NCBI RefSeq assembly: GCF_006345805.1
Contig: NC_043000.1
Location: forward strand, 66,712,001 to 66,776,000
DNA length: 64,000 bases
Reading direction: 5' to 3'
From: Octopus sinensis
Lineage: Eukaryota
Shown: in pieces, positions 49,761 to 63,236 of the stretch
Layout of the letters: each line of letters begins with the position of its first letter
Position numbering within the stretch: the first letter of the stretch is position 1
Translations under genes and position numbers: made by a program
Notes under the pieces: generated by a model
Databases searched by the model: none
What the model was told of the DNA's origin: nothing
What the model saw: the letters and a program-made list of their open reading frames with translations, nothing else

Positions 49761-52369
49761 CCCAACTCAGTCCTATCTCACTCAGACCGCTACTATTTAT
49801 AGTCGTTCAGTCAGTCTGTTCTCGCAGGTGGTGTCGTGACTCTCGCCACAACATATATATATATATATATTTAGTAGTTAATAAATCGTATGGTATATAA
49901 CTTGTAGTTTGCCAGTAAAGCACGTTATTCGGCTCAGTGTTCGTTGAGTGTGTAACTAATAATCTTTGTTATTGATCTTCTATAAGAATGAAGCAGTATC
50001 CGTTAATTCGTCATTTCTGTCTACTAAGAAGATACAGTAATAAGTTGTGCGAAACAGAGTTTATTTTAACGAAATGTCCCTTGAAATCAACTGAGGAAAC
50101 ACATTGATACCGAGGGATATACCTAAACCAGCTGTGCAGTTGTCCCCTCACTACACAAAATGGTGGGCACAGGTTTAAAAATTTGCTTCGCGACTGGATG
50201 TTTTGGGGTTCGATTCTAAAGCAAAGCACCTTGAACAAATGTCTTTGACCAAAGCCTTAGGTCTACCAAAACCGTGTAAAATTTTGTAGTGTTAGATGGA
50301 CAATTGTTCTTAATTTTGAATGTAAGACTTACTCTTATACACACTTTAATGCTATCATATGGTTCTTGGGTATGTTTAGTGAAGAACACTTTCTTGGAAA
50401 TAATGAATTGCGAATTCTAGTTTGTGGATAACTTATTCCCTTCCTCCCAATTGTCATGGAGGTCTCTGAAAAGAGTTATAGGCTCTGCATTTCCTTCTTT
50501 CAATGAGCAATTAAAAAAACATCTATTTAGTAAGAGATTAAATAGATTTAAAAACTCAAATTAGATAATGGAGATTATGATGAGACTAATGATATAAAAT
50601 ATTTTTAATAGAAGCCCACATCATTATTTTAGATACTGAGGCAATATAAACAAATATATTACTTGGAGCAACAAGCATACGACATTATACTCGTATAAAC
50701 AAGCACGGACATGAAAGAAGTTTGTACACACGCACACATTTACACACGCGCACACACACATGTGCATATATGCATGCACATGATGATAAATTATACACAC
50801 ACTCATGCATTCATGTATTCATACGTATTTGGGGATTTTTCAAACTGTCTTGTCTTATCATTCCGACATATTGACCAGTCCTGTACAATATCTCAATTGT
50901 TATATGCTCACAGAAACATTAATTCCACATAACTGATTATTATTTTTACATGTACATATGTTGGCTATATCTTTCCCTGTTGGGGAACAACTGAATTTAT
51001 AGATCACAAAAGCGTATCTTACAAAATGGTGAATAATGTAATGGTCGCTAAAATCAGCTAGGCATCTCTTTATATCTGTCGATGACATTTTCAAGAACGA
51101 AAGCAACATAGTCACGCCTCACGACTTACTACTGGTCTGCAGGATGTTTTCTTTTTATCTTTCGAACTAATAGTCCATTCTTGTGGTCTATCTCCCAGTT
51201 GTAATTTTGAGAACAAATAGAACTTTTTCTGGAACTTTCCTTTCATATATTCATATGATTGATTGTATTCTAAACTTTCACACGAAGCATAGTTTTATTT
51301 ATATTGTGTGTACCTGCTGGTTGGCCTCTGGACCCCACCTAATTACCGACAAATTCTCAGTTAGCTGTCGTAATGACTGACTGCTATGGAACGACTGCAA
51401 TTGATCGACGAAGTGAGATATGATAATTTTGTCCAAGTACATTGTTCAACTTCACCACCATAGCCAATTATTTGTTATCTTCTGAAATGAACTCGTTCTC
51501 AGCAAACGTCCTCTTATGTTTAACAAATTTGCCTCTTGATGTAACAGATTCGTTTTATTGAGGTTTCGATTTTCACTGTAGTAATTTTGTAATATCTAAA
51601 ATGTGTCATGAATTTTAAAAAAATCAAAGGAAAAAACAAGTTTTATACTTATTATTCCTTCTGTAAGTGATGCATTGATTACGATATTGCTATCATTTTG
51701 GAGCTGTGATTGATCTTATTGACGCCGTAGGTATGTACTTGTTCCTTAATTTATACTAGCCGCCAAGCTACGCTGGTTAAAATACCAACAATCCTACTGG
51801 GATGAATCAAACTACGAATGTATTTGTCGGATAAACGTGCAACTAAGTACACATACTAGGTTTGAATATACATGTGTGTGTGTGTGTGTGTGTTTGTATT
51901 TATAAAAGACATTAACATTAAAAAGCTAAAAGGACAAATAAAATGTCAACTTTTGGTAATTCCTTACTTCTATAGTGAATAGGTTTGTTCATATTCAAAT
52001 GTACGGTAGGGGAACAGGTCAGAAGCAAAGTAACATGAGTTGTTGAAATGTTATATTTTGCCAACTATGCCGCAACGATAGCCGGGTCTGTTTTTATACG
52101 TACCTAAACTTCAGCATCTGCCTGACTACCTGATGTTTAAAAGAAATTACACACAGTTCCATAGGATCCAAGGGCATTCATAATTGATATTTATTCAATG
52201 ACGAACTGACATTTACTATGTTGGTAAAAATATTGTCGACACCTCTGATATTTAGAATGTAATATGAAGTCCATTAAATAGTAAACGAAACTTTAAACCT
52301 TTTTTATATAACAAATATTAAAAAAAAATGTTTCGATTGATACAGGTCGCAATTTTTCTTTAGGTCTAT

Positions 52370-52590
52370 GAAAGCGAATTGGCAGCTATCGGGATAGGAT
52401 CGGTTAAAATGCCTGGCAGTATTTAGCTATTTCTTTTCAGGTTCTCACTTGGAATCCCACTGAGGATAACTCTACTTTTCATCATTACGGTGTCGGTAAA
52501 ATAAAGTATCAGTCAAATATTGGGGTTGATTTAATTGCCTGTACTGCGCCTAAAATTCATAGCCTTGTGCCGTGATAGAAACGGTAATGA
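52370..52590 (+). mobile_element. Diverged SINE family B
   Basis: Core match. Confidence 0.7.
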
Positions 52591-52884
52591 TAATAATAAT
52601 CTGTTTTAAATAGTATATTCTCGAATATGATAGGTTTTACTTCTAAATTCTTAAAGAAATGTTACAAGGTTTTAAAAATGCTAATTTTTACTATTCGTTA
52701 AATATTTTTATTAGGTTGTTAAAAGTCATGTTAATTTTGCAATTAGTGTTCAGACTCGATGTATCTTGTAGCATATTCTATGCTGCATCATTTCAAAACT
52801 TCAAATAATTTCCATAATCTAATTTCAGATGACATGTTTTTTTCTTTTAATGTTTATTATTATTATTTTTTCTATCTATTTCAG

Positions 52885-52983
52885 GTACGTACCAGAGAAT
52901 TCGAACTATTGAAGGAAGTGATACCACAATTAACATATGGGATAGTACTTGCTTCCACTGTTTCGTACAATTTAACAAAGCAG
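52885..52983 (+). CDS. Putative 99-bp symmetric coding exon (TYQRIRTIEGSDTTINIWDSTCFHCFVQFNKA in phase 1, or VRTREFELLKEVIPQLTYGIVLASTVSYNLTKQ in phase 0)
   Basis: Strong acceptor TTTTTCTATCTATTTCAG|G and donor AAGCAG|GTAATT; length divisible by 3; unique sequence. Confidence 0.5.
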
Positions 52984-53564
52984 GTAATTCTGATATTATT
53001 GTAACCAATATAGATGTGTTTAAATGCGCCAACACTGGCTTATGCTTGCGAAAATATTTTTCATATTCTATTATTTGCTTAATACAATAAAGAATGCAGA
53101 AAAAGATAATGTATTAATAGTTCAGAGCATTACGTTCAATATTTCAGGCATTTGTAAGGTTTTGCATTTTATTGTATTTTGTATTTGTAAGTCCTCTGAG
53201 AAAAGACATTTTCAAGTGTCCTTAGACTGACGGATTGGAATTTGATGAACTTATAACATTATTTGTTTCAGATTAGTACATATTAGCAGGGAAAACATTC
53301 TTGAGGGGAATAGATTCTGGTAGGAGAAGTTAGGCAGTGGTCGAGAACGGAGATTCACAGGTTCATGAAAAAACGATAAGAACACACGAAAAAGTTTCCG
53401 CTAGTCTGGCACAAGGTTGAAAATATCCCGAGTTAGCTTTACTAATGATTCTTAATAAAGGCAATACGAAAGTAAAACTCGATAGTAGATTAATTATTTA
53501 GAACGATTGTAGATATGGGCTTTGATATCAGGAAGGCTGTATGTTTGCATTTTTATTAGTACAT

Positions 53565-53990
53565 TATAAAGGCGAACTGGCAGGTTCGTTATCACACCGG
53601 CGAAATGCTTTATTTCTTCCCGCTTTACTTTTGAGTTCAAATGCTGCTGGGGTCGACTTTGCCTTTTATCCCTTCAGTATCGATAAAATAAGTACCATTT
53701 CAGCACTGAGGTCGATGTAATCGACTTACCTCCTCCTCTGAAACTGTTGACCTTAAGCCAAAATTATTCTTATTCTTAAGGCAGCGAAGGCGGTGAGATG
53801 GCAGAATCGTTAGACAGCATTTCGTCCGTCTTTAAGTTCTAAGTTCAAATGCTGCTGAGGTTGACTTTGCCTTTTATCCTTTCGGGGCCGAGAAAATAAG
53901 TACCAGTTGATGACGGGGATCGATGATCTCAACTTACTCCTTCCCTTAAAATTTCTGACTTTGCGACCTAGTTTAAAACCTTTATTACAT
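53565..53990 (+). mobile_element. Two SINE family B copies
   Basis: Pattern match. Confidence 0.82.
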
Positions 53991-54122
53991 AATTAAGAGT
54001 TAGCGGAAATACTGTTGCTATACCGATCAACGATACAAAAGTAGCGGTTCCCTAATTATTATTATACTTGTAAAGGTTTATCAATTGCTCATAATTGAAT
54101 TGCTGCTAAACCTCCTCTAATC

Positions 54123-54200
54123 CAGAGGTCCCCAGTCATCGGAGCGGGGACCACTACCGAGCCGTAGATCACTTGATATCAGGTCGCACAGAAACAATAA
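54123..54200 (+). mobile_element. hAT-Charlie (MER1-like) terminal fragment
   Basis: CAGAGGTCCCCAG...GGACCACTACCGAGCCGT...GGTCGCACAG resembles Charlie-type ends. Confidence 0.45.
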
Positions 54201-54260
54201 ATTTTACAATTTAATTCCTATTTTATTGGGTGTCTTTACATTGTATATGTATTACATATG

Positions 54261-54343
<83 letters not shown>

Positions 54344-55319
54344 AATAATTGAATTATATATTATGCAGTCTATTGTGTTTTGATATGCGCTTGATCCTCT
54401 CGGTCCGTGGAAAATTGTCTTGCATGAAACCGGTCAGGTGCAAAAATAGGTTGGGAACCATTGCGCTAAGCCATCCCACCAGCTTAAGAAGTGGATGACA
54501 CATTGGATACATGTAGTCCTAGATTAAAAAAAGATAACAGGCGGTCATAGCAGGTGGAATTACTTCGATCATATGTCTTCTCATTGTTTTGGTTAAACAA
54601 CGATAACATAACTAGATATAATCGTCAGAGAGTAGTTAGCATGATAATATGTCCCTTTACCATTTTAAGTTAATTCTATTCTCTTTCATCAGTTACACGA
54701 AAAATTTATAGCAAACTATTGTGAGCAATGAAAAACATCAAGCCAAAATCCTACTTAGAAAATACAACTAAGTATTAATTACATAATTAATGATAAAATA
54801 ATTACAATTAACCTAATATGTCATTGAAATTATTGCTCAACATAGATCTATACAATAGTAAAGTAAGCGCTAACGTAATATAGCAAGCCAAGAAATCTAT
54901 GATATCATTATTGTGTTTTTCATTCATGTTTAAGTGTCACACTTTAACAACCTTAACTATGGATCAAAATCAAAGATAAACATAATGAAATAAGTTCGAG
55001 TAAAGTTATAACACCAACTTTCCGGACACGGATGGTCCGGAGCCTATTATAATCCGCACTTATTTTCACTAATATACAGGTCCCTGTATTTCATTTAATT
55101 ATCTAAGTAAATTTTTATATTTGTTTAATTTAGTGTATGTTGTCAAAACTGACCACCACCTCTGGTTCAGAAAAATCAGTAATCCAGAAAAGCTTTGGGA
55201 TCAAAGGTTCTGGAAAATCGATGTACCTATGGATGTAATAAGTCCCGCTAGTTTCAATGAATTCGGAGTTATTTTCTTATATATTGCTGGTGGATGCAAC
55301 TAAATTACAGATAAATTAC

Positions 55320-55735
55320 AGGCGCAGGAGTGGCTGTGTGGTAAGTAGCTTGCTAAACAACCACATGGTTCCGGATTCAGTCCCACTGCGTGGCATCTTG
55401 GGCAAGTGTCTTCTGCTATAGCCCCGGGCCGACCAATGCCTTGTGAGTGGATTTGGTAGACGGAAACTGAAAGAAGCCTGTCGTATATATGTATATATAT
55501 ATATATGTGTGTGTGTGTTTGTGTGTCTGTGTTTGTCCCCCTAGCATTGCTTGACAACCGATGCTGGTGTGTTTACGTCCCCGTCACTTAGCGGTTCGGC
55601 AAAAGAGACTGATAGAATAAGTACTGGGCTTACAAAGAATAAGTCCCGGGGTCGATTTGCTCGACTAAAGGCGGTGCTTCAGCATGGCCGCAGTCAAATG
55701 ACTGAAACAAGTAAAAGAGTAAAAAGAGTAAGGAG
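55320..55735 (+). mobile_element. SINE family A, full-length young copy
   Basis: Complete head, core, internal microsatellite and GAGTAAAA tail. Confidence 0.9.
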
Positions 55736-56169
55736 TAAATATATAAATTCAGCTTAAAACGATATTATCTAACCATTACTATGCAAGTTCAGCGAATGAT
55801 ACGTTGAGTTACCGCATAAATTATTATTTTTATCACCACTTCAACATGGCTGTTCCATAAGAACCGACGTTATTACTGTTTTTAAGCCCAGGAAGACGCT
55901 GCCTTCAGCTGGTTGCAAGCAGGGGAGCAAACCCTTACCATCTTCCAGCGACGACGGGACTACCAGACCGTCGGTTTCGATCTGTTTGTGCTCATCCTCG
56001 GAACAAACATTTTGAAGCGGCGATAAACATTACTTCTCGATATAGTTATTACTTTCATCTCTTACAGAGATTTTCTAACTAACTACTTTGCTTCCTATTA
56101 TTTTATTTTTCTATATTCTAAAACAATCCAGTTGCTTTTTGAAAAACCTCCCTAATTTTAATACAGGTC

Positions 56170-56520
56170 ACTGAAGGAATTTTTGTAATGGCCGATCTGT
56201 AAGAGACGTAACAGAGATCTCCCTCTGACCAATACAGGAAGAAATGTAGACAATCGTAGAGAATGGTGTAGCATAGATTTTGACCGCTGTGTGTGGTAGT
56301 CAAATTAGCAGCCCTATTTTTTGAACGTAACATACTTTCGACTAGAGCTAGGGAAATTGGTACCCTTACCTAAAGTGATCACTCTGTATGGTCCACACGA
56401 CCCACATACCTCACACTACACCACTGAATGTAGTTCCAGATCGATCAGAGCTGATCTGATACTAAACAACACCAACACCACCACCACCAACAACAACAAC
56501 AACAGCGATAGCAACAACTG
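56170..56520 (+). mobile_element. RTE-like LINE 3' end with (AAC)n tail
   Basis: DNRREWCSIDFDRCVW* C-terminus; GATCGATCAGAGCTGA motif shared with about 58950. Confidence 0.5.
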
Positions 56521-57569
56521 TGCGTCCGTATTTGCTTTAAAAAAAAAACATGAAGAATGTTCTAAACAGAAGCTCTGGAGAATTTCATACGATTGGATGC
56601 CAACATGAAACGTTCGAGGGAACTTTCGATGATACACAGATAATAAATATTTAATAATCAACAATGAAAAACATTGTTTATGATCATTGAAGGCAATTTA
56701 AAAGAGAAGATTAGAAAATTATAAAAATTCTTCGGTTATTGAATTTAAATTCATATCAAAACAATTTTGGATTTCAGAAAATTGAGGGAATTTTAGATGG
56801 ATAAGAAAGAAAATAAAACAGATATTGTGGTTTATAATGAATTCCATAATGCTTAATTATTTCCACCTAACGTGATAAAAATAAATATGCTCGCTTTAAG
56901 TTCCCTACCTGAAATATGGTAGAACTAATTTATTATAGAAAATAAGATGAAACCCCGAATCGGAGAAATCCAGTATGGATCTTCGGTAGCAACAAGTATA
57001 CGGAAGGAATCGTGGCAGCAATAAAATATAAATGAATGTAATCTAAATGGCATTGACTTGAGGAAAGAGGAAATTGTCGGTGTTTGAGGCTCAGAGTGTT
57101 TATTACGGAAGAAAACAGAAAATTCCATATATTCTTACGCAGGAATCATGATAATAAAAGAGGAAGGAAGTAGGGAAGTAGATGTGTATGTTTTGAGAAA
57201 CGGCTGGTGGAGGTGAATGGTGAGGAGAAAGGGTAAAGAATGGTAAACAGTAAAGTCTGAGTATGTGTACTTGTGTGTGAGTGTGCGTGCGTGTGTATGT
57301 GTTTGTGTGTGTGCGTGCGTGCGCGTCAGTCACCATCCTTGGCATCTTTATCAACTTCTTGGATATCTCCTTTTCCAGTGACAGTCCTTACCTTTTCATT
57401 GCCGTCTTTTTTTTACAAACTCATCAATTCCTTCCTCTAACCCAAATTCTTCTCATCCCACCCACTCGTATCAACAGTTTCCACTTTAACCGAGAGTTTG
57501 ATTTATACCTAAAAGCTTCAGTTTTTTTTTATTCCTAACCTGTCATTGATACGACCCGGTACCCAGCCC

Positions 57570-57930
57570 ATCTCTGTTATTCTGTCTTGAAGCCGCTTAA
57601 CACAATAACGTCTTCCAACTCACCTCGTCATCCAACTTCTCCAACGTGTGCTTTTTTCCAATCTGGACCGGCTATCACTCCCACATTTCCTCTTTTTCAG
57701 ATGTGTCTGTAACACACACATAGCATTCTGGACAGTGTTCCTTTATCCCTAGAAATAACTAACCTGTAATATCTGCATACTCCCGTTACAAATTATAAAT
57801 TTACATGGCCATAAGTCCACTTTCATGATTACAGCCACTGTAGTCCATTTAACTGCATTAAAAGACAACTTTGTCGTGAGTTGTACTTAAGTGAAACTGG
57901 CCAACTCTTGACATCGCTTTCAAGAGCACT
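57570..57930 (-). mobile_element. RTE LINE C-terminal fragment
   Basis: Decayed WYGH...GR-RK-W-E motifs in broken frames. Confidence 0.55.
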
Positions 57931-58811
57931 TGCTCAATGCACATACATTATCCTTATCTATTTAAACTCGTTACCCGTTATTTCAACCCACACCAGCCAC
58001 TCCGCTCCAGCCACTTTTCTATCTTTAGATTACTCCAACACAAAGTCTCCCGTCTATTGAGCAACTTCAGGAACAAAGGCTTAATTGTCAAACATTGCAC
58101 GTCCTCTGCCGATGTCAGCAGTACTAGTAAAGTTTTCGTTTACCAAATTTCTCACCCATTCTGTTGGTCATTTCAAATCTATAGTAGGAGACACTATTCA
58201 AGGTACCACGTAGGAGGATCGATCCTGGATTTGAGTGGTTACGAAGCGAACTTCTTAACAATACAACCATATCTATATAGTTCAGACTGTACATTAGGGT
58301 GGCGTTTTTGTTCTTCCACTGCTGGCATCCTTTTAATGAGCAAGACAGTATTTGAAGTTTGCACTGTAGATAAAGTACTCTAATTAGCTTGTGTCTTCTC
58401 AGTAATCTGATAACATTAAAGACTTAATATGATCCACGTGAATATAAATTGCTTCAGAATCACAATAACCTTTCTGTTTGTGACCCAGGGTCTATTTCAG
58501 TTGTCTATCAAAACAAATAATATGCCTAATTTTTTATTTTCATGCATTAACCTTAAACTATAATTTTGGTCCATGTTACATGAGACTATCGAATTTAGTT
58601 AGATTTTGTTCGACAGAATAAATAAATCTTTGTTTATTCTTAAAACGTTTTGCCTAATATTTACAGTATTTAAATCTAATTACAGTTAAGAGAAACAAAA
58701 AATGACTTGTTAAAATGCTGCTAATTATTAGGATTTGAAACTGCACTATAAAACTAATTTCAAACAAATTTTGTGCCAAACAAGATGCATTTACATAGTG
58801 TTTCGACTTAC

Positions 58812-58880
58812 TGGAGACAGTAGTCACATCTCCATTCATCCTCTAACGCCTTTGGAAAAGACGCGTTGATTGATGTAGTC
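58812..58880 (-). CDS. Putative 69-bp symmetric exon (TTSINASFPKALEDEWRCDYCL)
   Basis: CTAAT branch-like site, polypyrimidine tract, CCAG| acceptor and CTCCA|GTAAGT donor; open in phase 2-2. Confidence 0.3.
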
Positions 58881-59299
58881 CTGGATTCACAATACCCGAG
58901 GAAGAAACAAATTAGTTACAAATAGAATGCGTTTGATCATAAATCTATCTGTTCGATCAGAGCTGACCAAAGGCCATACCAGCAACACCTTGTTTGAGAA
59001 AAAAAAGTTTGTTGTTGATAAATAGTATGCATCTCTGAATTCCGTTTTCGCGTGTGGCGTGTCTTTTTTCCTCTTTTAAGACGAAAATCCCTGTTTGGCC
59101 TTTAAGGTTTCTAAAGTAAAAGTGAAAAGCTATAAAGAAGAAATGAATTCTTGTGAAAAAGTAATTTGCTCGAATTACTTCATGGGCTTTTCTAATATTC
59201 TTATTAAATTTCATTTCTAAATTTGTCCCAACACCTATTGTTTTTTTTTTAAGATATAGTCGATTAAATGAACTTTATTATTTCATCAGTTTTCTTCCA

Positions 59300-59410
59300 A
59301 GGTCAGCTTTGCCTTTCATCCTTTTGCGGTCGATAAAATAGTACCAATGAATCGATTAGTCCCATCCAATTAGATTTCAATGGTACCTTTTTTTTTTTTA
59401 TCGATTCCAA
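59300..59410 (+). mobile_element. SINE family B core fragment
   Basis: GCCTTTCATCCTTTTGCGGTCGATAAAATAGTACC. Confidence 0.7.
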
Positions 59411-60183
59411 AAGTCTGAAATCCAAAATAGAGATCGGCATGATTTGCGCAACGAACGAAAAAGGATATATGAAATGTATGGAAACACTGCAAAGACATAA
59501 ATCTCGTAACTCTGTCATTTCTGATTCTTCACTTCGTCAATCCGATAGCAATAAAATAAAGGAAACAAAATACAAATATTAAGATGAGTGGTCTTGACTG
59601 AGAGTAGAAAAAACATTGCTGCAAGGCTAAAAATATTACTATACGAGTTCCTATGTGTACAGCAACTTCAGTCTACTTTTAAGTTTTGCTGATAGCATTG
59701 CATTTTAATAAATGACTATTTGTTCTTTGCGCAGAGGCGGTGGTACCATAGCCAATGAGTGTTATACGAGGTGTGATTATACTAGTTGAAAACTATTGTA
59801 TTTTACTTTCGATTTTTAATCCCGAAAGTATAATTGATTTTACTCCACAAAGAATGGACACAGCAACTGATTGTGAAAGTTGAATCTCATACATTCTATT
59901 ATTAAAGTGAGAAAGTGTTAATGTTGGTTAATATTGGATAATGTAAATATGTGCCACTCGAATAAAAAAGAACTTAGAGATATTTCAATAAAATGGTAAA
60001 TAATAAGAATCTAAAACATGCACTTATCCTCTGGCATCTCACTAAGAAATGAATTGTGATGGGATGACATTAGGATATAAAACAGGTCGTATGGAATTGG
60101 GTTATAAAACATACACATCTTGGAACATTTTATGTGATGTTAAAACTGTCTTTATCATTTTTAAGATTGTGTCAATGAACATA

Positions 60184-62030
60184 CAGTGACACCTCGCAGT
60201 ACGAGTTTAATTCGTTTCATGACCGAGCTCGTTTTACGATTTACTCGTTTTACAAATCAATTTTCCCAATTGAAATTAATTAAAATATGAGTAATTCAAG
60301 CCCCACCACTAAATCAAAAAACACCCCAAAATCATTTTTTTATATGTTTTAAAACAGAAAAGATGCAGTTACAAGGGAAATGACAATTATAAAAACATAA
60401 TAAAATATAATGCAAAAGAAATATGTAAACTGGTTTTATTAGTTTAATTACCTTAAAGATGGGACGAATTGTGCGCGAGGAAGACGATGGAGCAGGGAGG
60501 AGGTGGATTATTGTTTGGAAAGAGAATCTCCTTCTACTAAAACTTCAGGAAGAACAAGTACTGGCGTTTTCTATCCCACTTCATTTAATTTAGACCTTTT
60601 GGACCCACCTTCTTTACTTTTCCCATTTTCAGGTCGTTTCATTAAAAACATATCAAGAGAAGTCTGATTTTTCCTGCCTTTCAAAATGTTACGAAAATGC
60701 GCCGAAGCAGTGTCATTAAAGAAAGCAGCTGCACGATCTGCAGATACTTTTTCGGGATGATATCTTTTCTGCAAATTCAGAAGCATACTGCCACTTTGCC
60801 AACATTGCCTTTATGTCACTTGTAGAGATACCCTTTTTCGTTAAACTGTCTTCCTCCGGGGAATCAATCACTTCTACCGCATCTGAATGTTGCTGCTCCT
60901 GAAGCTGCAGGAGTTCATCTGTCTCAGCTTCTCTGAGTGTTCCTAGTGTTCCTCGACGAAATCGTTAATGTCCCCATCGTCAACCTCGAGGTCCCTGGAC
61001 TTCCTTAGAGACACTATCTCCTCAACTACAGGTGTCTCAGACTCAAACCCCTCGAAGTCTCTTCCGGATACGCAGTCAGGCCATAGTTTCCTCCATGCAG
61101 AATTCAGCGTTCTCCTCGTTACACCCTACCAGGTCATATCGATGATTTTCAGGCAATTAACAATATTGTAATGCTTCTTCCAAAACTCACGAAGGGTTAC
61201 ATTTGTATTTTCGGTGACTTCAAAGTACCAATGAGACAGGCGTTTGGCGTACAATTTCTTAGAATTAGCAATCACTTGTTGATCCATGGGCTGCAAGAGG
61301 TGGTGTTGCGTGAAAGGTTTAGAACTTTTATGAATTTCAATTCGTCCAGGATGTCATCTTCGAAATTAGGAGGGTTAGCAGGAGCATTGTTGATGTGCAT
61401 TTGAGAGGAAGATCTTTCTCCAGAAGGTACTTTTTCACTGCTGGTCCGAAGATAACGTTGATCCACTCGGAGAAGAATTGCCTGGTGACCCAAGTTTTAA
61501 CGTTTGCCATCCACATAACGTGCAGTGTCTCCTTCAGGATTTTGCGCGACTTGAACGCTCGTGGGTTTTCTGAATGGTAGACAAGGAGCGGCTTAATCTC
61601 CATTCGCATTGGCACAAATGGTGAGAGTTAACCTATCATTCATAGGCTTGTGGACTGGCATTTTCTTCTCTGCAGTTGTGTAGGTTCTTTTGGGCATATT
61701 TATCCAAAAAAGGCCAGTTTCATCACAGTTCAATACATTTTGTGCGATGTACCCCTCGGTTGTGATGAGCTGACTGAATTCACGCATGAAATCCTCAGTT
61801 GCCTTCGTATCAGAACTCGTTGCTTCTCCATACCTGACGACGTTATGAACACCAGTCCTCTTCTTGAAATTATCGAACCAGCCGCGATTGGCTTAAATGT
61901 GTCTGCTAATGTATCCTGCATCGATGTTCCAGGGTTCTGCTTCAGGAAATCTCTATACAGCACTCGTGCTTTCTCGCAGATGATGGTCTTCATAATCTCA
62001 TCGTACTGCAACGCCCTACTATATTAATAA
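60184..62030 (-). mobile_element. Tigger (pogo-like) DNA transposon, 5'-truncated, frameshifted transposase
   Basis: TA|CAGTGACACCTCGCAGTACGAG TIR; motifs CEKARVLY, NCDETGLFW, DRLTL-CANA-GD, KPLLVYHSENPRAFK, NNAPA. Confidence 0.9.
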
Positions 62031-62049
62031 GATATATATTTACATAACG

Positions 62050-62480
62050 TGGATATTTTCAGTAGGATCAACGATTACAATGCATCCATATCTTATTACA
62101 TTATAGCATTCCATCCATCTTCTCCACCTGCTATTCCTGGAAAGGATGTTGGGGTAGTGCCCTTTGGCACCTCTTTCTTAAGGTCCTATCAGAAGCAACC
62201 GTCATCAGATTTTTCAGCTGGATATCCAAGCGTGACCAACAGAGCCTATGGATTTTATCTAGCCATCTCGTTCTTGGTGTACAAGTTTCTTGCCGGTTGG
62301 CTCCACTTAAAGAATCTGTCTTGCGATTCTTTTCTTCGATATTCTAATTACATGTCTGTAGTACTGGAGCTGTGACCTCTCAGTACGGAGAAATAGTGGC
62401 TAGACCTGGGGGGACTGTCTGATCTCCGAGCTACGCAATCTGTCGAGTATCGTTACTCTAGAGATCCTATAACATTCTGA
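62050..62480 (-). mobile_element. Probable RTE-type LINE C-terminal fragment
   Basis: RRKESQDRFF-W-like and downstream decayed motifs; the + ORF 62049-62375 is its antisense. Confidence 0.4.
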
Positions 62481-62529
62481 TATTAAATTTTCACATATAG
62501 AATTACAACTTTATAATTTCGAAATATTG

Positions 62530-62650
62530 ATTTCAAATTTTTGTAAAAGGCCAGCAGTTTCGGGGGAGGAGGAAAGTAAATTACATCGACCCCCAGTACT
62601 AAATTGGTACTTATTTTATCGACCCTACAAAGATGAAAGGTAAAGTTGAA
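62530..62650 (-). mobile_element. SINE family B 3' fragment
   Basis: Reverse-complement core match. Confidence 0.75.
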
Positions 62651-63170
62651 ATATTAAATAATTTATTGCTCAATGTCTTGTGGTATCATATTTTTACATC
62701 TCCGTCATCTGATGACATCCAAACGTCTCGTGATACATTTGAGTAAGCTTCATAAAATTCAGGTCGATGCTCTACATTCCTTCTAAGACCGTATATGTAC
62801 TGAAAAGAATGTAATTATTCTTTACATCATAAAGCTCTATTTACATCGCTATCAGAATATGACTCAATAATATCTCTACATCATCCCAAGTGATATTCGA
62901 TACAATTAATGTCCCATTTTGTTTCAAAAACTAATTAACATAACACCCATTTCTTGTATATTTCTTGTCCAGTGTGGTGCATCTTTTCCACCTCTGCTTT
63001 TTTTATATTTTCTAATTTGACTTGGATCTTGATAAAAATTTAATTTTTTCCGATAGTTAGCTTTCCAATATCTTCATATTTATCACACTACACACAATCC
63101 TCCAGTATTTTCTACCTAATATCTTGTGGTTTAATGGAAATATTTTTATAAAGTTATCAATTGCACGGAC

Positions 63171-63236
<66 letters not shown>

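Noticed and set aside
55860-56030. Minus-strand donor GATG|GTAAGG with a short open frame
   Set aside because: No good acceptor; the GC-rich block looks repeat-derived
62049-62375. 108-aa plus-strand ORF
   Set aside because: Antisense to a probable LINE fragment with no splice support
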